64,000 nt of DNA, taken from Gemmatimonadota bacterium (GTDB taxonomy: Bacteria > Gemmatimonadota > Gemmatimonadetes > Longimicrobiales > Gaopeijiaceae). Every line of letters begins with the position of its first letter. Position 1 is the stretch's first letter. Location: NCBI GenBank assembly GCA_028874985.1, contig JAPPGI010000186.1, forward strand, positions 14,596 through 78,595, given 5' to 3'. Of the stretch, positions 19,961-29,131 are shown in pieces. The notes under the pieces are model-generated. The model saw only the letters and a program-made list of their open reading frames with translations, ran no database searches and had not been told where the DNA came from. Made by a program: the position numbers and the translations under genes.

Positions 19961-21757
19961 TCAGGCGGACTCCTCGGGCCCGCCCGCGCCCGCGAACAAG
20001 TCCGCCACCAACCCCAGCTCCTCGGAAATCTCCTCCGCAACGTCGTCGGCGTCGATGAAGTCGACAAGACGGTGGAGGTCGCGTTTGCGAAGCAACATGG
20101 CGTGGCCGAGCTTTTCGGCCAGCCGCCTGAAGAACTCCTCGGCGAAGTCGCTGAGCTTCAAGCGTTCGGTCCGGGCCTCCCACAACAGGCGTGCGGCATC
20201 CGCATCCATCCCCTTCCAGGTCAGAAGATCCCGTTCGCGGCCATCGAAGACCCGGTCCTGGATCAGTTCATCGAGGACTTCTTCGGTTTCGCGGCGGAAC
20301 CGGTCGAAGAGTGGCAGGTCGCGGTACGCGTGAGCCGCGTAGGCCCGGAGGACATTGGGGCTGACGATGTAGTTCTCGATTTCGTACCGTCGCCAGTAGG
20401 TTGTGGTCAGACCCCCCTCGTCGGAATCCTCGCGCCGGCGTGCGTTGCGGTCCCGGATCGCCAGTCCCCTCAGCTCGGGCAGCATCGGTCGGAGCGCGAA
20501 GAAGTGTTGGTCGGGACTGAGCCCGAAGCCTTGTTCGACGCGCTCTAGTTCGGAGTCCCGGTCGGGCTTCGGGTAGTTGTCCCGGACGTAGTACACGTTC
20601 GCGTTCTCGTCCCACACGTCGGCGGCCGCATGCCCCAGCCTTGTAGCCAGGGCCCGCAACACGGCCAGGTCCGTTCCCCCCTCGACGTAGAGGACGTATC
20701 CCCGTTGCCGCGCCCGGATGTAGTGCTCGGCGCCGTAGTGCCGTAGCGCGGCGACGATTTCCCGCCTGGACGCCAATTCGTCGGCCCGCCCGGCGAGTAG
20801 CAGCGTCAGGTTGCGGTCGAGGGCCTCGTCCAGGATGACCTCGGAGTGGGTGACGAGAACGACCTGGGAGCCGGAGCGCGCGGCTTCATCCCGCAGGAGC
20901 ACGTACGCCTGTCTCTGGCGAAGGATCTCCAGGTGCGCGTCCGGTTCGTCGATCAGAAGGACGCTTCGGGGGTGCGAGTGCAGATGGGCGAGGATCAGAA
21001 GCATCTGCTGAAGGCCCCGGCCTGCAAGGGCGATGTCCACCGGCCTGCGCGCGCCGGGCTGACGGTAGAAGAGGTCGATCGCGCCACGCCCCGTCTCGGA
21101 GGGTGCTTCGAGGTGCACGGCGAACAGGCGGTCCACGAGCTTCTCTATTCGGGACCAGGCCGCGGGGTCTTCGCGCAACACCATCAGGCACAGGTTGCGC
21201 AGCACCTGAGCCGTCTGGCCCTGCCCCAGGAGGACATCGATCCGGCCGGGCTGAATGATCGGCTCCTCGGTCTCGATGCCCGACATCGGGTACAACAGTC
21301 GCACGTTCAGTCCGGCCGCCGCCCGGATGAACTCGGGAATCTCCAGCGTCGCTTCGTCGGGCGTGCAGTACACCGTTTCGTCCCCGAAACAGCGAAAACG
21401 CATGGTTACCGGCTTCACGCGATTGTCGTGCAGGACTCCGAGCGTGATCTCGAGCGGTATGTTCCGCGGTCCGGTGCGAACGGCCATGTTGTGCCAGTAG
21501 TCACGGGCGCTCCGCACCGGCACCGCCACAACGGCAAGCCGGTTGAGGCCGGTCGCGGTACGCTCCTTCGGCGGCGCCTGGCCCTTGCGGTCGAACCACG
21601 TCCGCACCGCCTGGGACCAGAGCGCGATCGCCTGCAGCGCCGTGGTCTTGCCGCAGTTGTTGGGGCCGACCAGTACCGCGGGATGGTCGAGTTCGATGCG
21701 GATCCTGTCGCCGAACGCCTTGAAGTTGCGGATTTCGAGGTACTGGAGGTGCCTCAT
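19961..21757 (-). CDS. ABC-type ATPase fused to DUF4435/Toprim-like domain (PARIS-like AriA-AriB single polypeptide; OLD-like)
   Basis: Walker A LVGPNNCGKT, signature-like AGRGLQQML, Walker B VLLIDEPDAHL, and THS. The C-terminal half has YVLYVEGGTDLAVLRAL, GLAIRDRN and YWRRYEIENYIVSP, which I recognise as DUF4435-type motifs. The start overlaps the upstream stop (ATGA at 21754..21757). Confidence 0.7.
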   Translation of the reverse strand: MRHLQYLEIRNFKAFGDRIRIELDHPAVLVGPNNCGKTTALQAIALWSQAVRTWFDRKGQAPPKERTATGLNRLAVVAVPVRSARDYWHNMAVRTGPRNIPLEITLGVLHDNRVKPVTMRFRCFGDETVYCTPDEATLEIPEFIRAAAGLNVRLLYPMSGIETEEPIIQPGRIDVLLGQGQTAQVLRNLCLMVLREDPAAWSRIEKLVDRLFAVHLEAPSETGRGAIDLFYRQPGARRPVDIALAGRGLQQMLLILAHLHSHPRSVLLIDEPDAHLEILRQRQAYVLLRDEAARSGSQVVLVTHSEVILDEALDRNLTLLLAGRADELASRREIVAALRHYGAEHYIRARQRGYVLYVEGGTDLAVLRALATRLGHAAADVWDENANVYYVRDNYPKPDRDSELERVEQGFGLSPDQHFFALRPMLPELRGLAIRDRNARRREDSDEGGLTTTYWRRYEIENYIVSPNVLRAYAAHAYRDLPLFDRFRRETEEVLDELIQDRVFDGRERDLLTWKGMDADAARLLWEARTERLKLSDFAEEFFRRLAEKLGHAMLLRKRDLHRLVDFIDADDVAEEISEELGLVADLFAGAGGPEESA

Positions 21758-22899
21758 CGCCCCCCACCCCCCGCCGCCCGGATCTCCCGGTTCTTGAGGG
21801 CCAGCTCAACGAGCAGCTCCTCCAGTTCGTTCTCGTACCGCTCCAGCGACATCTGTCCCTTCACGCGCCTGAGATCGGCGATGCGCGCCTCGACCGCCGC
21901 CTTCTCCTCGTAGAGCGCCCGTAACCCGGGGGTCACCGCCTGATCGCCCCCCACCCCCCCGATCGACGTCAGGAACACCATGCGGGCAAGCGCCCCGTCA
22001 CCCTCCAGCTCGTCCACCTCGCGGCTCCCCTCGCCGTCGCCGTTGTCGTCGAGGACGGCGTGCTCGGTCATGAGGAGGTTGCCGCCCTCGTACTCGCGCT
22101 CGACCTCGCGCAGGGCGTAGCCGAAGGCCTCCAGCATGGAGACCCGCGAGTCCTTGTCGGTGTCGGCGCCGTCGCCGGCGAAGGCGTCCACGAAATGGAG
22201 GCCGAAGCGGGTCAGGTTGCGCTCGCGGCCGCTCCGGGTGGCGGTGATGATGGTGCGGTTGGGGCCGGAGAGGGCCTCGACGAAGGGACCCGACGCGCTG
22301 GCCGTGTTGATGAAGGTGACGCGGCGGTCGCCGAGCCCGGCCAGCAGCGTGCTCACGTCGGTCGGGGTGAGGTCGGGGCCGGGGATGTTGAAGCGCGCGG
22401 TGCGGTCCCGGAAGGTGCCGTGGCCCGCCAGCAGCACGACCAGGTCGTCGGCGGGGGCCATCGCGGCCGCGATCCCGGTGAAGGAGGCTCGGATGTTCTC
22501 GGCGGTGGAGCGGGCGCGGATGCGCGTGGGGTCGAGGTCGGGCTTCTCGCCGAGGTAGGTGATCCGCCCGGGCGGGACGCCGTACTTCTCGGTGGCCGCG
22601 TCGGCGAAGCGGCTGAGCCAGCCGTGGAAGGCCTCGGTGTAGCGGGCCTCGCCCCCAAGGCCGGAGATGAGGAGGATGTGGGTGTTCTGGGCGTGCGCGG
22701 GCGCCGGGACGAGGGTCAGCGCGGCGAAGGTGGCCGCGAGGAGGGCCGCGTGGCGCGCGCAACCGGGGGCGGAGCCCGTGACCGGGGACGCCGACGTCCG
22801 CGCCGCCCCCGCAGCCGACCGTTCTCGGCCCGGCACCGTGGCCGCTCCGTCCCGACGCGCACCGGCAGGGACTGCCGCGGCGATCCCGCCGCCCTTCAC
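21754..22899 (-). CDS. secreted caspase/legumain-fold (peptidase C13-like) protein, probable Cys-to-Ser variant
   Basis: Real part of ORF 21754..23715. The GTG start at 22899 overlaps the VWA gene stop (GTGA). Signal LLAATFAALTLVPAPAHAQ. Contains ILLISGLGG, VVLLAGHGT (His-Gly dyad) and FINTASASG, where C13 enzymes have the catalytic Cys. Confidence 0.55.
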   Translation of the reverse strand: MKGGGIAAAVPAGARRDGAATVPGRERSAAGAARTSASPVTGSAPGCARHAALLAATFAALTLVPAPAHAQNTHILLISGLGGEARYTEAFHGWLSRFADAATEKYGVPPGRITYLGEKPDLDPTRIRARSTAENIRASFTGIAAAMAPADDLVVLLAGHGTFRDRTARFNIPGPDLTPTDVSTLLAGLGDRRVTFINTASASGPFVEALSGPNRTIITATRSGRERNLTRFGLHFVDAFAGDGADTDKDSRVSMLEAFGYALREVEREYEGGNLLMTEHAVLDDNGDGEGSREVDELEGDGALARMVFLTSIGGVGGDQAVTPGLRALYEEKAAVEARIADLRRVKGQMSLERYENELEELLVELALKNREIRAAGGGGR

Positions 22900-25193
22900 G
22901 CCAACCCCTTCTTCCGGCGGTACCCCCACTCCGCCCCCAGCAGCCCCGCCAGCAGCAGGAACAGCAGCGGCATGTCCCACAGGTCGCGCTCCTCGGTGAC
23001 CGTGACGCCGCCCCCCGTGTACCGCAGGTCCTCGGGCAACCGGCTCGCGGTCTCGACCGTGTAGTAGCGGCCCCCGGTCTCCTCGGCGATGCGCTCCATG
23101 AGGCTCCTGCGCTGGTGCGGATCGCGGAACTCCTCGCCGCCGGGTGCCACCCGTACCGCCGTCTCGCCGGTTCCCAGGCTGAGCGTGTCCCGGCCGGCGT
23201 CGACCGAGACCTCGTATATCCCCTCCATCCCGGCGGTGAAGGGGACGGTGTAGCGGCCGTCCTCGGTGACCGACCACTCCATGGGCAGCTCCTGCACATC
23301 GCCCGTCGGGGTGGTGATGCGAGCGGTCACGCGGGCGCCGTTCACCTCGACGAATCCCTCGTCCAGGACGGTGGCCTCGATGGAGACGGGCTCGCCGGTC
23401 TCGACGGACTCGCGGGAGGGCGCGGCTTCGACGGGGTCGGGTGTGTCGGCCACCATCCAGCGGAGCAGTTGCCGCCAGAAGGTCTCGTGGCTCTGGTCCT
23501 CGAGGGGCACGGTGTGGTCCATCTGCCAGAGCCAGGTGTCCTGCACCGCGAGCACGAGCGAGCGGCCCTTGCCGTAGCGCTGGAAGGCCATGACGACCCG
23601 GTCGGTGTCGGCACCGCCGCCGCCCTGCACGACCGTTCCCCGGAGGAGTTCGGTGGCGCCCGGCTTGAGGCCCGTTACGACGTTGGTGGTGGTGACCGGG
23701 GGAAGGGAGTCCCACCGGGAGGCGGACCGTTCGGCCGAGCCGTCGATGCGGGTGGCCGGGTGGTTCGCTCCGGCGGGCGTGGGGGTGACCCTGATGTGGG
23801 CCAGGCGCTCGGTGGGGGTTGCGCCGGTCGGTTCGTCGAGCACGACCGGCAGCACGTCTTCGAGTGGAGTGCCCCTGTAGCCGCCCTCGGCGAAGGCGCG
23901 GCGTCCGCCCAGCGTGAGCAGGGTGCCGCCGCGCTCGTTCACGAAGTCCGCGATCATATCCAGCTGGTCGTGGGTGAAGAAGCTCGCCTCGACCGAACCC
24001 AGGACGAGCGCGCGGTAGCGGTAGAGGTCCGCGCGGGTCGTGGGGAAGCCCTCGACGAGCTCTAGCGGGTCGTCGAGGTTGCGGCGGAAGAACTTGTTCT
24101 CGGCGGTGCGCTGGAGGAGGACGACCTGCAGGTTCTCGTCGTCCTCGACGGCGCGCAGAAGGTATTTGACCTCCCAGCGCGGCTCCCCCTCGAAGTAGAG
24201 GATCTTCTCGGTGCGGTCGCGGACCCGGACCACCGCGTGCAGCTCGTTGTTCTCCAGCACGCGCTCGTCGGGCTGTCCCAGGATGCGGAAGGTGAGCTCC
24301 CGCGCTCCCGCGTCGTCGAGGGTGATCGCGACGGGGGCGACCAGCGGCTGCCCGTCGCGCGGGAGCGTCACGTCTTCGGTGGTGACGATCGTCCCCATGT
24401 CCTCGACCACGATGGGGACGGTGCGGCCAGCATACCCGGCCGCCTCGACCAGGACGTTGACGATCATCGAGGTGCCGGCCAGCGCGCGCTCGGGCACATC
24501 CGCCCGGCTGACCTGGACATCGGCCTCCATCTCCTCGTCGCCCAGCCCGATCGTGAAGACGGGGACCGATGCCGCGCGGAGCGGCAGCAACGCTTCGCCG
24601 ACGGCCTCGCCGCTGTTGTCACCGCCGTCGGATACGACGACGATTCCCGACAGCGGCACCCCCTGAAGCTCGTTGCGGGCGTAGTCCAGCGCGTCGCCGA
24701 TCCGGGTCCGGCTGCCGCGGAAGCCGAGCTCGCCCACGCCGTCCACGCGTCCCGGGCGGGAGGAGAAGCGGAAATGGCGGAGCGCGAAGCCCTCGTCCAG
24801 CGCGGCCACGAGGTCGCCCTCGGGGTCCAGCAGCCGGCCCGCCTTGTCCGCGCGCGAGCTGCCGTCGCGGTCCTCGATCGTCATGCTGCGGGAGTCGTCG
24901 ACGAGGACTGCCAGGAAATTCCGCTGCGGCACGACCGAGGTCAGGACCAGCCCCGGCTGCATCACCATGAACAAGAGCAGCAGGAGGGCGGCCCCGCGCA
25001 GCAGGCCCAGCGCCCAGCGGTCGGCCGCGCTGCTCTTGCCCCGGGCGCGGAGGTAGGTGAGAACCGCCGGGACGGCCAACAGTGCCGCCACCAGCCCCAC
25101 GGTCGCCGGCGGCCACGGCGACAGGAAGGCGAATTCCCCCTCCTGGTACAGGGTCGGCCGGTACTTGAAGAGGAACTCGAAGAGACCGTTCAC
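22896..25193 (-). CDS. membrane-anchored VWA domain protein (BatA-like N-terminus, class-I amidotransferase-like C-terminal domain)
   Basis: 765-aa ORF. N-terminal TM pair. VWA MIDAS-like LAVLVDDSRSM ... VVVSDGGDN. The architecture is common next to DUF4159 genes. Confidence 0.75.
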   Translation of the reverse strand: MNGLFEFLFKYRPTLYQEGEFAFLSPWPPATVGLVAALLAVPAVLTYLRARGKSSAADRWALGLLRGAALLLLLFMVMQPGLVLTSVVPQRNFLAVLVDDSRSMTIEDRDGSSRADKAGRLLDPEGDLVAALDEGFALRHFRFSSRPGRVDGVGELGFRGSRTRIGDALDYARNELQGVPLSGIVVVSDGGDNSGEAVGEALLPLRAASVPVFTIGLGDEEMEADVQVSRADVPERALAGTSMIVNVLVEAAGYAGRTVPIVVEDMGTIVTTEDVTLPRDGQPLVAPVAITLDDAGARELTFRILGQPDERVLENNELHAVVRVRDRTEKILYFEGEPRWEVKYLLRAVEDDENLQVVLLQRTAENKFFRRNLDDPLELVEGFPTTRADLYRYRALVLGSVEASFFTHDQLDMIADFVNERGGTLLTLGGRRAFAEGGYRGTPLEDVLPVVLDEPTGATPTERLAHIRVTPTPAGANHPATRIDGSAERSASRWDSLPPVTTTNVVTGLKPGATELLRGTVVQGGGGADTDRVVMAFQRYGKGRSLVLAVQDTWLWQMDHTVPLEDQSHETFWRQLLRWMVADTPDPVEAAPSRESVETGEPVSIEATVLDEGFVEVNGARVTARITTPTGDVQELPMEWSVTEDGRYTVPFTAGMEGIYEVSVDAGRDTLSLGTGETAVRVAPGGEEFRDPHQRRSLMERIAEETGGRYYTVETASRLPEDLRYTGGGVTVTEERDLWDMPLLFLLLAGLLGAEWGYRRKKGLA

Positions 25194-25252
25194 CGGCCGG
25201 CCCTCACGGGATTCGGGGGGTCATCATACACACGTACACAATACACAACCAT

Positions 25253-26248
25253 TCAGTGGCTCATCGCGTAGACGATCATGTTGACGCCCATCTGGAACGC
25301 AAAGGTGGAGTACCGGAGCGGGTAGTCGGGCTGTTCGGCCCACTCCCAGGCGTCGCCCAGATCGGTGTTCCAGTTGATGATGACCATCAGCCGGCCGTCG
25401 TGGTCCTCGATCCCCTTGACGTACGGCACGTACCCGTCGCGCTCGCTGGTCCGCCCGCCCCAGTACCGTCCGTAGGCGGGCACCTGCAGGATCTCGTCGA
25501 TCTCGTAGAAGGTGTTGAAGACGGGATGTTCGAGCTCCAGGTCGATGATCGGGTGCTCGGGGAAGACCCGTTTCATGTTCCACTCGAAGACGGCCCATTC
25601 CCGCGTTCCCCAGAAGTCGTCGATGACCAGGAAGCCGCCGGCCTCGAGGTAGTCGCGCAGGCCCGTGACCTCCTCTTCCGAGAGATTCATGTAGCCGACC
25701 TCGAGGGCGTACAGGAAGGGGTATCGGCGAATCGTGGGGTCGGTGAGCAGAACGGCGTTCTCGTGGTCGAAGGCATCCAGGTTGGTGAGCCGCTTGAGGA
25801 CCGTCACGAACTGGCGGTCGGCCTTGGGGTAGTCGATCGCCCACGAGTTGCCCCGGCGTCCCCAGCCGCCTCCGCCGGGCGAGTAGGCCGCGCGGGTGAA
25901 GTAGAACTCGTGCCACTCGTGAGGTGGTCGTTGGGCGGTGGGGGGGAAGGGGGTGGGGGGTGTGGTGGGCGCGAAGAATGGGGTGGAAGGATTCGCGGGC
26001 GCGTGAAGTGCGGGGGTGGGAGGGGCGGGGGTGGTGAGCGGGAGTTCGGCGGGTGCCCGGCGCGGGTCCGGTTCCGAAGGCGCGGCGACCGCGACGAGGG
26101 CCGCGACCGCGCACAGGAGCGCGACGAGGGGCGGGACCGCGCCGCGCGGGTGCGCGGAATCGCCCGACTGCGAACTCGTCAACGTGACCTTCCTCGGCTC
26201 GGGTTGGTGGGACGTCCGTTCAGCGTGTGGCCACGTCGGGGGGCACAT
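25253..26248 (-). CDS. DUF4159 domain-containing protein
   Basis: C-terminal 220 aa (WAIDYPKADRQFV...LYALEVGYMNLSEEEVTGLRDYLEAGGFLVIDDFWG...MVIINWNTDLGDAWEW) match my recollection of DUF4159. The start is uncertain: 26248 overlaps the upstream gene by 29 nt. Confidence 0.8.
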   Translation of the reverse strand: MCPPTWPHAERTSHQPEPRKVTLTSSQSGDSAHPRGAVPPLVALLCAVAALVAVAAPSEPDPRRAPAELPLTTPAPPTPALHAPANPSTPFFAPTTPPTPFPPTAQRPPHEWHEFYFTRAAYSPGGGGWGRRGNSWAIDYPKADRQFVTVLKRLTNLDAFDHENAVLLTDPTIRRYPFLYALEVGYMNLSEEEVTGLRDYLEAGGFLVIDDFWGTREWAVFEWNMKRVFPEHPIIDLELEHPVFNTFYEIDEILQVPAYGRYWGGRTSERDGYVPYVKGIEDHDGRLMVIINWNTDLGDAWEWAEQPDYPLRYSTFAFQMGVNMIVYAMSH

Positions 26249-27977
26249 CCCGGGGGCGCCCGAAAGCTAAGCGGGGTGGGGCGGGGCGGCTATCGGGTCT
26301 GAACCATACCTCGCCCGAGGCCGTTCCGTGTACGCTCCTGGCGCCGGGGAGCGGATCGGGAATGTAGAGCGCTTCGCGAACGGCGTCGCGCATCGTGGCA
26401 AGGGGAGTTTGCTGAGCCAGTTGGCGGGCCAGGTTGTCGATTGTCCCGTCCACCTGCTCGCGAGTCAGTGATACGGGGGGCGTTGCAATGCGGCGCTGCC
26501 ATGCCGTGTCACCATCGGCCCGGATCTCCAGCAGTTCGACATCGCCGCCGCCGAGATTCCTGCGGGCCACCACTACGCTCCCGGCAACCGGATCGAACCA
26601 GGTGAGGTCGTAGTCCCCGAACATTTGCGCCGACTGAATCCCCGCTTGTCGCGGAGCCCCCTCACGCGCGATCAGCAGCGCCCGGTTGCGCTGGTCCAGC
26701 ATTGCGATCGTGTCCATTTGCCACCGGCCGTCCGCGTCTGCCAGTCTGAGCACCGGGAGCATCCGGATCGGGGGGTCTCCCCAGAGACCCATCAACGAGA
26801 CGGGTGACACTCGAGGTATCGCAAGGACCGATCCGTCCTCGAGCAATGCCCGCGGCCCCAGACCGTATCCGTGATAGTCAAGCGAAGGGGGCGGGAAAGG
26901 AGTGGTCCCCAGCAACTCTCCGGCATTCGAGAAAGAGGTGAATCGGCGGGCGTCGATTACATGGAAGCCGTCACGGTGCACCTGAGGAGAGAAGGAGCCG
27001 GAGAACTCCCCGGGACCTTCGCCGGGCCCGCCCACCTGGGCGACCAGCCTCCCTTCGGGCGTCCAGATTGTTGTTCTGAAATCCAGAGGGTCGGCCACCA
27101 GGACCAGAGTGTCCCCGATAACCCTTATCGAGCCGATTCTACCGAATGCGGCGGGGCCGGCGCCGGTCGCACCCTCGCCGATCTCGAATTCGGGGTGGGT
27201 GATCCAGGTGTCGCCGATGTCCTGTTGCCGCGCGGCCAGGTGGGAGGCGCCGAGGCAGAGCGCCAGGGCTGCCAGGGGAAGGCTCTTCGGCCGACGCGCC
27301 CGGTAGACGACCCGCACCGCGAACAGCCCCGCGAGCGTCAGCGCCGCCACGAGCGGCCAGAAGGTGTCCGCCCGGACCTTCCAGTAGAAGTGCAGCACGC
27401 CCAGCGAAGCCGAGACGTACACCAGCCGGTGCAGCTTCAGCCAGCGCTTGCCCAGGCGGCGGATCCACCCTTTGGTGGAGGTCGCGGCGAGGGGGATCAG
27501 GAGCACCAGGGCGGCGAAGCCCGCCGTGATGTAGCGGCGGTCGCGGACGTCCTCGAGGATGTACCCGAGCGCGAAGAGCTGGTCGATGCCGGCGTACGCG
27601 AGGAAGTGCACGCAGGCGTGGAAGAAGGCGAAGAGGCCCAGGAGGCGCCGCACCTGGATGATGCGGTTCCAGCCCGTCAGGCGGCGAACGGGGGTGACCG
27701 CCAGCGTGGCCAGGAGAAAGACCAGCGTCCAGCGGCCCTCGACCAGGATGATCGTGTCGACCGGCAGAACGCCCAGGGTGCCGCGGAAGAAGCCGGCGAC
27801 CAGCCACGCGACAGGCCCCAGACCCGTCAGCCAGATCGCGGTCTTGAGAAGGAGGATGCGCCGCCTGGCACCGGCCGGACCACCCCTCGCCGGCTTCCGT
27901 ACGACGGGAGAAGTGGTCACGGGTCTGCTGGAGGGCGCGCGCGCGGGCAACCCGTGGACCCCCGGCTCCGGCTTCAC
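26220..27977 (-). CDS. msrQ: MsrQ (YedZ-type heme-binding membrane subunit) fused in frame to a 6-bladed beta-propeller family domain
   Basis: GTG at 27977, 2 nt after the msrP stop. About 205 aa of MsrQ with six hydrophobic helices and His-containing FAFFHACVHFLAY and LGVLHFYWKV. With no stop codon, it continues into RRPKSLPLAALALCLGASH (signal-like) and a propeller body with GGPGEGPGEF. Confidence 0.7.
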   Translation of the reverse strand: MKPEPGVHGLPARAPSSRPVTTSPVVRKPARGGPAGARRRILLLKTAIWLTGLGPVAWLVAGFFRGTLGVLPVDTIILVEGRWTLVFLLATLAVTPVRRLTGWNRIIQVRRLLGLFAFFHACVHFLAYAGIDQLFALGYILEDVRDRRYITAGFAALVLLIPLAATSTKGWIRRLGKRWLKLHRLVYVSASLGVLHFYWKVRADTFWPLVAALTLAGLFAVRVVYRARRPKSLPLAALALCLGASHLAARQQDIGDTWITHPEFEIGEGATGAGPAAFGRIGSIRVIGDTLVLVADPLDFRTTIWTPEGRLVAQVGGPGEGPGEFSGSFSPQVHRDGFHVIDARRFTSFSNAGELLGTTPFPPPSLDYHGYGLGPRALLEDGSVLAIPRVSPVSLMGLWGDPPIRMLPVLRLADADGRWQMDTIAMLDQRNRALLIAREGAPRQAGIQSAQMFGDYDLTWFDPVAGSVVVARRNLGGGDVELLEIRADGDTAWQRRIATPPVSLTREQVDGTIDNLARQLAQQTPLATMRDAVREALYIPDPLPGARSVHGTASGEVWFRPDSRPAPPRLAFGRPRDVPPDVATR

Positions 27978-27979
27978 CG

Positions 27980-28918
27980 TCAGAAGTACTTCTTCAGATC
28001 CATCCCCTCGTACAGGTGCGCCACCTCGTCGGCGTACCCGTTCATGAACACGGTGTCGATGCGCCGGTACCCGAAGAGCTTGCCGCCGTCGATCCGCTTC
28101 TCGGTCGCCTGGCTCCAGCGGGGGTGGCGCACATCGGGGTTCACGTTGGAATAGAACCCGTATTCGCGCGGACTCTGGGTGGCCCAGGTGGTGGGGGGTT
28201 CCTCGGCGGTGAAGGTCATCCGCACGACCGACTTGATGCTCTTGAAGCCGTACTTCCAGGGCACGATGAGCCGGAGAGGGGCCCCGTTCTGGTTGGGAAG
28301 GGTCTTTCCGTACAGCCCGGTCACTAGGAGCGAGAGGGGATGAAGTGCCTCGTCGAGACGGAGTCCCTCCCGGTAGGGCCACCCGATCACCGGCCGCCAC
28401 CGGCGCTCCGGCATCTGCTCCGGATCCCACAGCGTCTCGAAGGAGACGTAGTTCGCGCCGGGGTCGGGTTCGGCCCGGTTGATCACGTCGGCAAGCGGGA
28501 AGCCCCGCCACGGGATGACCATCGACCAGGCCTCCACGCACCGGAAACGGTAGACCCGGTCCTCGATCGTGGACGGGTGGATGAAGTCCTCGAGCCGGTA
28601 GTCGCCGGGCTTGTTGCAGAGGCCGTCGACCTTCACCGTCCACGGCTTCGTGACGAGCGCGTGGGCGTTGCGCGAGGGATCCTTCTTGTCCAGCCCGAAC
28701 TCGTAGAAGTTGTTGTGGGTGGTGATCTCTTCCCAGGTGTTGAGCTTCTCGTCCTGGCGGCCGGAGGGGGGTGCGGCGGCGGCCGCGCCGGGGGCGAGGA
28801 AGGCGGCGGCGCCGATACCGGCCGAGGTCCCGAGGAACCTGCGGCGATCGATGTATGCCGGCTCCGGGGTGATCTCCGAAGAGGGGATGTCGCTTTTCTT
28901 CCTGCTCCGGATGATCAT
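27980..28918 (-). CDS. msrP: protein-methionine-sulfoxide reductase catalytic subunit MsrP (YedY, molybdopterin)
   Basis: Start MIIRSRKKSD at 28918. Tat-type RRRFLGTSAGIGAAAF. Highly conserved NNFYEFG, YRFRCVEAWSMVIPW and LRLIVPWKYGFKSIKS. Confidence 0.9.
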   Translation of the reverse strand: MIIRSRKKSDIPSSEITPEPAYIDRRRFLGTSAGIGAAAFLAPGAAAAAPPSGRQDEKLNTWEEITTHNNFYEFGLDKKDPSRNAHALVTKPWTVKVDGLCNKPGDYRLEDFIHPSTIEDRVYRFRCVEAWSMVIPWRGFPLADVINRAEPDPGANYVSFETLWDPEQMPERRWRPVIGWPYREGLRLDEALHPLSLLVTGLYGKTLPNQNGAPLRLIVPWKYGFKSIKSVVRMTFTAEEPPTTWATQSPREYGFYSNVNPDVRHPRWSQATEKRIDGGKLFGYRRIDTVFMNGYADEVAHLYEGMDLKKYF

Positions 28919-29131
28919 CGGGACTCCTTGCGGCGGTGGGCCGATGCGGCGAGCGTGCCCGCCGCAAGTGACACCTGGTCCTACACTCGGTTTGGATGAT
29001 CGATCCCGGGCGCCGGGCGTGTCAAGGCGAGCGGCCAGGTTGCGCCATTCCCCCCTCGGGACTATCGATGGGATCCCGGGTGACATTCCCGGACCCTCCT
29101 TCGATTTCCCCGTCCCGCCACGCCGTCCCCC

